Shown one piece after another: positions 9,409 through 17,182 of a stretch of 32,000 nt of DNA. The notes under the pieces were generated by a model. The model ran no database searches and was not told where the DNA came from. It was given only the letters and a program-made list of their open reading frames with translations. The position numbers and the translations under genes are program-made. This DNA is from Planctopirus limnophila DSM 3776 (lineage in GTDB: Bacteria > Planctomycetota > Planctomycetia > Planctomycetales > Planctomycetaceae): assembly GCF_000092105.1 (NCBI RefSeq), contig NC_014148.1, positions 1,440,001 through 1,472,000 on the forward strand, written 5' to 3'. Position 1 is the stretch's first letter. Each line of letters begins with the position of its first letter.

Positions 9409-10368
9409 ATGACCTTACCATTGACCATGACTGAGTCAGAAGCCTTGGCGATCCCATGCGATCAAGCCACAGGTCTGCGTTCGCTCAAAGCTCAATCCGG
9501 AATCGCGTGGTTCAAGGGTCAGCAAGATGTCGCGATAAGCGATTCGCGATGCCGGGTGATCGTAGTGACATCTGGAAAAGGGGGCGTCGGCAAATCGACT
9601 TATGCACTGAACCTGGCTGTGGCACTGGGAGAGATGGGCCAACGTGTCCTCCTGCTGGATGCTGCCGAAGGTGTTTCTCATCTCGATCTGATGTGCGGAT
9701 TACACAGTTACTGGAATCTGGAGCATGTTGGAACTGGTGCCAGACAGCTATCAGAAGTGATTCTTAACTGTCCGGGCAACGTCAAATTGCTCACCGGCTG
9801 CCGCTTGTTACTGCAGCCGGAACTGATCCCAGTCCCGCTCAGGACATTTTTCATCGAACAACTGGCTCAGCTCGAAAAAAGCTGCGACACCTTGATTGTC
9901 GATGCAGGAACCGCCAGTTTTCCTCTGGTTTATCCCTTTGTGAGAGCTGCCGATCGCATCGATCTGATCACGACTCCTGAACCGACATCCATCGCGAATA
10001 CCTATGCAGTCCTCAAGCATCTATCAGTACGCTGCCAGAATTCTGCCGGCATCCTGATTACCAGTTGCCATGAGGATCAGCACGCGGAGGCCATCTTCGA
10101 GCGTTTAGCCCGCACGAGCCGAACATTTCTGCAATACGGCATCGAGAAACTGGGCAAACTGGGATACCACGAAGACGTGATGGCGTCGATTGGCTCCAGA
10201 ACTCCGTTTGTCCTGAAGACGAGTTGCCCAGTCAGTGCACAAATTCGCCGATTTGCAGGGAAATGGACGACCAGATCTTTCGCACCTCGAAAATCTTTCT
10301 TCAGGTTGGTCTTGTCGGAAACGGAAGAAAAAGCGATGAATTGCATCCACGCGACGGCAATCACCTGA
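9409..10368 (+). CDS. flhG: MinD/ParA-type ATPase FlhG (FleN/YlxH)
   Basis: It has the deviant Walker A SGKGGVGKST. The N-terminal DQATGLRSL matches the DQAxxLR FlhF-activating motif. It sits directly after flhF. Confidence 0.85.
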   Translation: MTLPLTMTESEALAIPCDQATGLRSLKAQSGIAWFKGQQDVAISDSRCRVIVVTSGKGGVGKSTYALNLAVALGEMGQRVLLLDAAEGVSHLDLMCGLHSYWNLEHVGTGARQLSEVILNCPGNVKLLTGCRLLLQPELIPVPLRTFFIEQLAQLEKSCDTLIVDAGTASFPLVYPFVRAADRIDLITTPEPTSIANTYAVLKHLSVRCQNSAGILITSCHEDQHAEAIFERLARTSRTFLQYGIEKLGKLGYHEDVMASIGSRTPFVLKTSCPVSAQIRRFAGKWTTRSFAPRKSFFRLVLSETEEKAMNCIHATAIT

Positions 10369-10415
10369 TTGCTCTTCGCCAACGAGTTTTGATCTTGAAT
10401 CTTGCCTGAACGCCT

Positions 10416-10565
10416 TTCCCGCCTGTGATCCTCTCCGCATTGCTTCTTATTGCCGCTTCACTTCGAATTCCTGCCTCGCCTCATGATACCCTTCACAACA
10501 TAGCCCACTCTGATTCCGCCTCGCGCTGTCAAAGCCTGCCCACATTCCATTCGTTTCCCGCCTCG
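10416..10565 (+). repeat. four direct copies of a TTCC(N)GCCT(C)G word inside a C-rich, G-poor spacer
   Basis: The copies are TTCCCGCCTG 10416-10425, TTCCTGCCTCG 10468-10478, TTCCGCCTCG 10514-10523 and TTCCCGCCTCG 10555-10565. Their spacing is 52, 46 and 41 nt. Hand count over 10411-10570 gives 114/160 pyrimidines, with C=65 and G=23. Confidence 0.5.
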
Positions 10566-10799
10566 ACTTTTGACTCCCTTCCTAATTAACGAAACCTGTT
10601 CGTTACCTATCGTTTTCTTGAGCTTATTTCCTACCTGCGTATCACTTTTTGAGAATGCAGTCGGAGAAATTCCGTCTGCGGACTCTGCGTTGATTTCAAC
10701 AGATTCACTGAATTTGCATGCTGAAGTATGTCGATACTGAAGAACGAAGCTATGTAGCCTCTTCATCAGTTCGCCACCCTGAACCACAACAGGGCCGTC

Positions 10800-11057
10800 A
10801 TGGTAAGGCAGTATGCAGCGTATTTAAGCCTGCTTTCTTTAATGGCTGCCTGTGCTGCAGGAGCTATCGAAGGGAGTGGATTTATAGAGACTGTCAGAAA
10901 AGGTCTGATAGCGATGATGATCTTCTTTCCGCTGGGCTGGTTCCTGGGAGAACTGGGTCGCCAGACAGCGGAGGATATGGCCAGAAAAGATCTGACAAGA
11001 AAAGATCTGGCTGATTCATCGCCTGGACTGCCGACTGACAGTGTCACTGCCCGATAG
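10800..11057 (+). CDS. hypothetical 85-aa two-TM protein (weak call)
   Basis: It has an ATG start and two hydrophobic segments (YLSLLSLMAACAAGAI, LIAMMIFFPLGWFLG). However, there is no clear SD, and its codons (AGA x3, AGG, ATA x2, TTA x2) look atypical next to neighbouring genes. Confidence 0.35.
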   Translation: MVRQYAAYLSLLSLMAACAAGAIEGSGFIETVRKGLIAMMIFFPLGWFLGELGRQTAEDMARKDLTRKDLADSSPGLPTDSVTAR

Positions 11058-11120
11058 TTAGTTATTTATCTGCGGCTCTATGCATATTGTTCAGAACCGC
11101 ATTCGCCACGATGCAAGCAA

Positions 11121-11144
11121 GATAGCTAACCCTCATTAGCTATC
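11121..11144 (+). promoter_or_regulatory. perfect 9-bp inverted repeat abutting the fliA start region
   Basis: The element is gatagctaa-ccctca-ttagctatc. It ends 4 nt before the ATG at 11149 and 12 nt before the GGAGGG SD of the alternative ATG at 11167. Confidence 0.4.
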
Positions 11145-11148
11145 ACGG

Positions 11149-11946
11149 ATGTTCACGGAGGGTTGGATGGTGACCAGGGTTATCGAAGACATTCAGGCCG
11201 TCTGGAATGCCTATAAGCAGGACCAGTCGAGCAAAGCACTGCGTAATCGCCTCATGGAGAATTATCTCCCGCTGGTGCGATACAACGCAGAGCGAGTGTG
11301 GTCCAAGCTTCCGGATGGCGTGGATATCAACGACCTGATTTCCGCTGGAGTCTTCGGACTCATGGATGCTATTGAAGCATTCGATATGGAGCGTGGAGTT
11401 AAGTTTGAAACCTACTGTGTCCCGCGAATTCGTGGAGCCATGCTCGACGAACTCCGCACCATGGACTGGGTTCCTCGACTTGTGCGCAGCAAAGCCAGCA
11501 AGCTGGAATCGGCCCGCAAGCAGGCCGAAGCCGAACTCGGCAGACCTCCGGCTGATAATGAAGTCGCTGCCAAGATGGGCGTCCCTCTGGATGAGTACGA
11601 AAAGCTCAAGAGCGAAGCCAGTGCTGTTAATCTCGTCAGCCTGAACAAGAAGTGGTACGAGACCGATAGTTATAAAGATGTTCGTGAAATCGACATCATT
11701 GAAGATACTAAAGGCGAAGACCCGACTCTCAGCATCCAGAAGCGTGACCTGATGAAACTGGTCACCAAAGGTCTCAACCGCAACGAACGCCTGATCATCA
11801 TTCTCTACTACTACGAAGAGTTGACGATGAAGGAAATTGGCAGCACTTTAGGGCTGTCAGAATCTCGCGTGAGCCAGATGCATTCGAGTATCGTCAACCG
11901 ACTCAAAGAACAGCTTGGCCGCCGCAGACCGGAATTTGCTCAGTAA
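11149..11946 (+). CDS. fliA: flagellar sigma factor sigma-28 (FliA/WhiG family)
   Basis: Sigma-70 regions 2, 3 and 4 are recognisable: NYLPLVRYNAERV, DLISAGVFGLMDAIEAFD, YCVPRIRGAMLDELR and LSESRVSQMHSSIVNRLK. It lies downstream of flhF/flhG. An alternative start is the ATG at 11167, which has GGAGGG at 11157-11162. Confidence 0.9.
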   Translation: MFTEGWMVTRVIEDIQAVWNAYKQDQSSKALRNRLMENYLPLVRYNAERVWSKLPDGVDINDLISAGVFGLMDAIEAFDMERGVKFETYCVPRIRGAMLDELRTMDWVPRLVRSKASKLESARKQAEAELGRPPADNEVAAKMGVPLDEYEKLKSEASAVNLVSLNKKWYETDSYKDVREIDIIEDTKGEDPTLSIQKRDLMKLVTKGLNRNERLIIILYYYEELTMKEIGSTLGLSESRVSQMHSSIVNRLKEQLGRRRPEFAQ

Positions 11947-11972
11947 AATTTCGCCAGCGATTCAATGGCTTT

Positions 11973-12030
11973 GATCAGGTGCAGTGTGTGGTTCTCGAAC
12001 AAGGAACCGCTCACTGCACCTGATCGTTTT
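11973..12030 (+). terminator. rho-independent terminator after fliA
   Basis: A 14-bp perfect stem gatcaggtgcagtg (11973-11986) / cactgcacctgatc (12012-12025) has an inner ggttc/gaacc pairing and is followed by GTTTT. Confidence 0.75.
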
Positions 12031-12181
12031 ACGGGTTTCAAAATACAGCGGTTGGTATCTGTCACGAAGCTGTTGCGATAATCTGGATGGTGTCACAATT
12101 TTTCACACGCCAGATCTTTCAGTGATTCTGAAAACAGGCGCTGAAAGCTCTGGGTCTGCACCACAAACATCGAATGGTCTG

Positions 12182-13612
12182 ATGGATTCTGATCACCACT
12201 TACAGCTTCGAGCTGCGGATAATGCCCATGTGTGGCATCCGTTTACAGCCATGTCTTCCTACACTGTTGAAGAAGCCCCCATCATCACCCATGCGGAGGG
12301 CTTTTCTCTGTTTGACAGTCAGGGAAACAGATATCTCGATGGGCATTCTTCGCTCTGGTGCAATATTCACGGGCATCGCGTCCCTGAGTTGGATGCCGCC
12401 TTAACCAGCCAGATCGAGCGTGTGGCCCACTCCACTTTGCTGGGGATTGCGAACTCCAGTTCCATAGAACTTGCAGAAGAACTTGTGGCGCTCGCTCCGC
12501 CGGGTCTCACCAAAGTTTTCTATACGGATTGTGGTGCGGCTGGCGTGGAAGCAGCTCTGAAGATTGCCTGGCAATACCATCGCCAGAAAGCTCAATCGGA
12601 AGATCGCCGGTTGTTCGCCTGTCTGGAACAAAGCTATCACGGAGATACAGTAGGTGCCGTGAGCGTGGGCGGAATTGATGTCTTTCACAGCCTGTTTGGC
12701 GGCATGACATTTCCAGCCCTGAAACTTCCCACACCAGCACGGGCATTGACCAACAGCCCTGAATTTCTACCCCTCGAAACCATACTGGCAAAAACCGAAC
12801 AATTGCTGGATCAGCAACGTGATCAACTGGCGGCAGTGATTGTCGAACCACTCGTCCAGGCCGCCGCGGGAATTCTGGTTCATCCTCCAGGCTATCTGCA
12901 GGCACTTCGCAAGATGACGGCGGAACGTGGCATTCTGTTGATTGCCGACGAAATTGCTGTCGGATTTGGTCGTACCGGCAAGATGCTGGCCTGTGAGCAC
13001 GAAGCGGTTGCACCTGATCTGCTGGTCTTGTCGAAAGGGCTGACCGGAGGTTACCTGCCACTGGCAGCGACATTAGCGACTGAGGAAATCTTCCAATGTT
13101 TTGCTGGTGAACCCTGGCAAGGCCGCACCTTCTACCACGGCCATACTTACACCGGGAATCCGCTGGCATGTGCTGTGGCGCTCGCATCGATACGGCGCAT
13201 GCGAACGAAAGATGTGCTTGCAAACGCCCGTGAGATTGAACGCTGCCTGAGACAGCGAATTCAAGAGTGGCAATCATCGGCACCGGCGTGGTTACAGCAC
13301 GTCGATCAGATTCGACATCTGGGGACGATGATGGCTATCGATCTGGTGCACCATCGTGAGCCCATGACGCCGTATCCGGCCGAACTACGTGCTGGTCACC
13401 AGGTCACGTTGGCCTGCCGAAAGCGAGGGATCATCCAGAGAAACATTGGAGACTCTGTCATCCTCTACCCGGCACCCGCGATGCCCGTCGATCTGGTTGA
13501 AGAGTTACTCAATGGTCTTGAGGAGAGCCTTGCGGAAGTGACATCCAGACTTCAGCCACTCAAGAGCATGGGAAGGACTCAATCCTCCGAACATTCAGTC
13601 AAAAATATGGAG

Positions 13613-13615
<3 letters not shown>
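12182..13615 (+). CDS. bioA: adenosylmethionine-8-amino-7-oxononanoate aminotransferase
   Basis: The start is the ATG at 12182 (MDSDHHLQLRAADNAHVWHPFT). Class-III aminotransferase motifs are ADEIAVGFGRTGKMLACEH and the PLP-lysine context LVLSKGLTGGYLPLAA. The ORF-finder extension back to 11984 would run through the fliA terminator hairpin. Confidence 0.9.
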
Positions 13616-13685
<70 letters not shown>

Positions 13686-13696
13686 ATATCTGCAGA

Positions 13697-13725
13697 ATGT
13701 TAGGCCGCGAATGACAATTCGACAA
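13697..13725 (-). promoter_or_regulatory. candidate sigma-70-like promoter for tRNA-Lys
   Basis: On the minus strand the sequence reads TTGTCG-17 nt-TAACAT, with the -10 ending 11 nt before the mature tRNA 5' end. Each hexamer matches consensus at only 4/6 positions. Confidence 0.3.
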
Positions 13726-14076
13726 ATCAGGGCGAATTCATCAATTCTGATTGATTCCAACCTGCTGGCGATGAAACCACGGCATGGCCATGAGTGGCCA
13801 AGATGACGAGTGTAGCCGCTGATCTCACAGAGTAAAACCAACCAGCCACAAATCATAAAAAATGTGCGGATCATCGCACGACAAGAGCATTTTGAACCGA
13901 TTTTGCCTGAGGAATTGACGTGTCATCAGTAACGTTTCTCAGAACGATTCGATGAAAATCATAGAGCAGGGCTGGCAGGCTGCTGAAATTCGCTTTCAAA
14001 GAGGAAGCTTTTCGACGGGATCGCGGATCACCCAGTGACCGAATCGTCAGCTCATCTGATGCCCAACCATAAGGAA

Positions 14077-14886
14077 TCAGGCAGGCCAGATCTGGCTGCC
14101 GCCATCAACACGCAAGGCCTGCCCCGTCACAAATTGTCCTAACGGGCCGGCAAAGAACTCCACCACCTGGGCCACTTCCTCAACCAGGCCAATTCGATCG
14201 AGCGTACCGGCTTCGACCAGACGACTCTGATCGACCGTTCGTGTTCCCAGGTATCGACCTGTTCGCGTATCGCCGGGCGCCAGAGAATTGCAGGTCACTT
14301 CGTACGGCCGGAGCTGTTCGGCAAGGCAACGCGTGTACTCGACCACAGCCGCCTTGGCAGTTGAATAAATGGCACTGTTGGCATTTCCCCGGAATGCAGC
14401 GATCGAGCTGATGGTAATGATGCGGCCCTGTCGTCGCTCCATCATTCCGCGGGCCACCTGCTGGCAGATATGGATGGTGCTCATCAGATTTCGATCCAGC
14501 ACCGAACGGACATCGATGGCTTTGATCATGACCGCATCGTTGGGATTGGGCTTTCCACCGGCGGCGGCGATATCTCCACCAGCCGAGTGCACCAGAATAT
14601 CAATCGGCCCCAATTCAGAAGTCACTTCCTGAACGACGCGAGTGGCATCGGCCTCGACGGTGAGGTCACCCAGAACACGATAAGTTTTTGTACTGTATGC
14701 CGTTGCAATCTCTGTGGCCGTATGTGTCAGAGTTGTCCCTTCGCCGTATTCGGAGGGGCCATTCTCCCGCAGGCCATGGATTCCGACATGGCATCCGAGT
14801 TTGGCCAGATGCTCGGCAAACGCGCGGCCCAAGCCTCGCCCTGCACCCGTGACCAGCGCGACCTTGCCTTCAAGCAACCGACTCAT
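14077..14886 (-). CDS. short-chain dehydrogenase/reductase (classical SDR, FabG-like)
   Basis: 269 aa. It has the cofactor motif VTGAGRGLGRA, a HSAGG (NNAG-like) motif, and catalytic S...YSTAKAA (YxxxK). Confidence 0.88.
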   Translation of the reverse strand: MSRLLEGKVALVTGAGRGLGRAFAEHLAKLGCHVGIHGLRENGPSEYGEGTTLTHTATEIATAYSTKTYRVLGDLTVEADATRVVQEVTSELGPIDILVHSAGGDIAAAGGKPNPNDAVMIKAIDVRSVLDRNLMSTIHICQQVARGMMERRQGRIITISSIAAFRGNANSAIYSTAKAAVVEYTRCLAEQLRPYEVTCNSLAPGDTRTGRYLGTRTVDQSRLVEAGTLDRIGLVEEVAQVVEFFAGPLGQFVTGQALRVDGGSQIWPA

Positions 14887-14961
14887 GGACGAACTACTCC
14901 ACCCTGATGCAGATCATGAAATCCGGGGAAACGGATTCAACAAGAAACTCCTGGAGGAGCC

Positions 14962-15285
14962 TCACCAACCCAGTGACATATTGGTCTCGATGGCTCGTTG
15001 AGCTTCATCTTCCGAAACTCCCATGCCGACCATATACAAGTGGATGGCTTCGATTTTGTTGCCATGAGATTTGGCGAGGCAATCGCGCGCCATTTCACTG
15101 GGTGAGGCAGGGCCAGTTAATCCCAGCAGTCTTTTGGAAATCACCCACGCATCCCGCGGCCGCCGACCGATACGGAGAATTTCCTCGTCAGGAAAAGTCT
15201 CTTGTGTCAATGCCTCGGCATCCTCGCGGGATTCTGTCCAGGCGACCATGATGTGTGCCGACGTCTCAATTTCAAACAGTGGCAT
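14962..15285 (-). CDS. hypothetical 107-aa protein with an L7/L12-CTD-like C-terminal motif
   Basis: It has an ATG start with an AAGAGG-like SD upstream. The C-terminal HGNKIEAIHLYMVGMGVSEDEAQRAIE resembles the (A)NK(V)AVIK..[14 protein letters not shown] helix-turn-helix of the ribosomal L7/L12 C-terminal domain. It is co-directional with flanking genes. Confidence 0.5.
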   Translation of the reverse strand: MPLFEIETSAHIMVAWTESREDAEALTQETFPDEEILRIGRRPRDAWVISKRLLGLTGPASPSEMARDCLAKSHGNKIEAIHLYMVGMGVSEDEAQRAIETNMSLGW

Positions 15286-15469
15286 CTTGCGGCCTCTTTA
15301 CGTCCCGGTATCTCTGGGAAGGAGTATAAGGCACCAGTCGTATTTGCTCCACTGATCGCCACACTCTGCGTGAACGGAAGTTTAAAGGCCAGTACCAACC
15401 TGATTTTCCGGGCGAAATCGAAACGCTTCGAATACGCGAACTCGAATACTCAATTTCAGGTTGAAGGAA

Positions 15470-16969
15470 TCAGAAGTCAACCTTCACATTTTCCCGCTGA
15501 TAGATGGGCAAATGGCGGTAATAGACTTCGAGAGTCATGACGGCGAGGCAGGTCATGTAGAGCCGACCGCCCGAGCCGCCGTGAGGATCAGCGACGTTCC
15601 AGCTGCCGGTGGCATGTCCCTGTTTTAACTGGGTTTTGACAAGCTGGTCACGCATGACCGCGTTCCATCGCTGCCATTCAGGCCCACCCCAGTGGTGCAT
15701 GACCTGTGTGGCGTAATAGTTGTAGTACATGTCTCCCTTAGCCGGTTTGGCTTTATCCAGATGAGCCACACCTTCCTTAAGTGCGGGCTTATTGGGTTCC
15801 CACCCCATATAGATGCGGCAGAGGAGTGCAGCGGCCGTCATTGAATTTTTGGCATCACCAGTTCCAGGAACATAGGTGTACTGAGAGCCACCATTCTTCG
15901 CACAGGCATCGAGGAACTTCTCGGCACCCCGGAAGGTTTGCGGAGGGACCTTGATCTTGCTCATCTGAGCACTTTTGAGAGCCATCACCTGCCAACCCAC
16001 GACTGATGTATCACCGGCCTGGCGCGGCTGATATCGCCAGCCGCCATCTTTGGGATTCTGAGCGTTGACAATGAATTTGACAGCATTGAAGGCGGGTGTC
16101 CGTAAGCGCTCATCTTTGGTGAGAGCCAGAGCTTCGCAAAGGGCGATAGTGACCAGCCCCTGGGTATAAAAGCCTTCGTTACTGGAGACAATCCCTCGGA
16201 AATCGCCGCCTTCGGGAGTCACCTTCTGACTCTTGATCATGAAGTCGACGGCTCCCTTCATCTCCTTCTGGTAGTCGCCCTTTTTGTGGGTATGCCCACC
16301 ACCCATGTATGCGAGCATGGCCATGGCTGTCGCACCGGTTTTACAGGCTTTTAAGGTTCCTGGCTGACTGCAATCGCATCCCTTCGTACCGACATGATTG
16401 AAGTTCCAGCTGCCATCGTCGGCCTGATGATTGGCCAGCCACTTGAGCCCGGTCAGAACGGCGGCCTCACTGGCATCATTCCCACCCTGCTCCTTCAGCA
16501 GTTGAGATTTGGCTGCTGCGGAACGACCGGCCATCGCATCGCCAATCTTGATGTTCAAGCCACTATCGGCCTCGACCGAGTCGAGTACCATCGAGGGATC
16601 CAGATCGTTGATGTTCGGCATATCGACCGGGACATCCGCTACATCGAGCGCATTCGATTCCGACTGATTGGGATCGACATTCGTCTGAATGATTTCTTCG
16701 GGTTGAATCAGCGACGTTTCGGTAATCGGCTCTGGCTCGACTTCATTGATCGAAGCAATCGTGGTGAAGATTTCTTCCAGTTGACGATTGTCAAAGACAA
16801 TCATTGCGCACAAAAACAGAACGATGGCATGCAAAAAGGTACTCACACCGACTGTCACGGCGATTTCAGACCATTTGGCACCCTTGGTCTGTGCACCCTC
16901 GAGGCGAGCCGTTACGGAAGTACGTTCGGGAGTCCGAACTGCACCAGAATTCTGGATCGTTGTGGCCAT
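15470..16969 (-). CDS. membrane-anchored prenyltransferase/squalene-oxidase-repeat (alpha/alpha-toroid) protein
   Basis: The start is the ATG at 16969 (MATTIQNSG...); the ORF-finder start at 17017 is 16 codons upstream. There is one TM helix (IAVTVGVSTFLHAIVLFLCAMIVF) followed by an acidic linker. QW-type repeats follow: LKWLANHQADDGSWNF, VKFIVNAQNPKDGGWRY and LVKTQLKQGHATGSWNV. Confidence 0.8.
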   Translation of the reverse strand: MATTIQNSGAVRTPERTSVTARLEGAQTKGAKWSEIAVTVGVSTFLHAIVLFLCAMIVFDNRQLEEIFTTIASINEVEPEPITETSLIQPEEIIQTNVDPNQSESNALDVADVPVDMPNINDLDPSMVLDSVEADSGLNIKIGDAMAGRSAAAKSQLLKEQGGNDASEAAVLTGLKWLANHQADDGSWNFNHVGTKGCDCSQPGTLKACKTGATAMAMLAYMGGGHTHKKGDYQKEMKGAVDFMIKSQKVTPEGGDFRGIVSSNEGFYTQGLVTIALCEALALTKDERLRTPAFNAVKFIVNAQNPKDGGWRYQPRQAGDTSVVGWQVMALKSAQMSKIKVPPQTFRGAEKFLDACAKNGGSQYTYVPGTGDAKNSMTAAALLCRIYMGWEPNKPALKEGVAHLDKAKPAKGDMYYNYYATQVMHHWGGPEWQRWNAVMRDQLVKTQLKQGHATGSWNVADPHGGSGGRLYMTCLAVMTLEVYYRHLPIYQRENVKVDF

Positions 16970-17182
16970 GCAAAAGTATTCCTGTTCTGTGGAAGCCCCA
17001 GTGATGAGGAGTTCCACCAGATGGCGAATCGCCGACAGATATGAAATTGATCAAAGATTACTGATGTTTATTGATGCTACGAAGCTTCGACTGAGGGGTC
17101 AAGCACCCATCCTTAGCCTCTTACCCTGAAGATACGTCGATTGTTCGTCAAATTGATGATCAATGGTCATCTTTTTTGCAGA

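Noticed and set aside
10458-10787. A 109-aa minus-strand ORF in the flhG-fliA spacer.
   Set aside because: It lies on the purine-rich complement of the C-rich block and gives a Gly/Arg/Lys-rich low-complexity translation. Its orientation is opposite to all surrounding genes. It is most likely a composition artefact.
11984-12181. An N-terminal extension of bioA to the GTG at 11984.
   Set aside because: It would start inside the fliA terminator hairpin and adds 66 residues with no similarity to the BioA N-terminus. The ATG at 12182 gives the canonical start.
12507-13283. A 258-aa minus-strand ORF inside bioA. Similar antisense ORFs are 1366-2025 in glgA, 16394-17044 in the toroid gene, 17378-17932 in the OMT, 19249-19731 in the NPP gene and 19876-20322 in the hydrolase.
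   Set aside because: All are shadows of genes with strong family signatures. Their translations are Arg/Pro/Ser/Cys-rich and motif-free.
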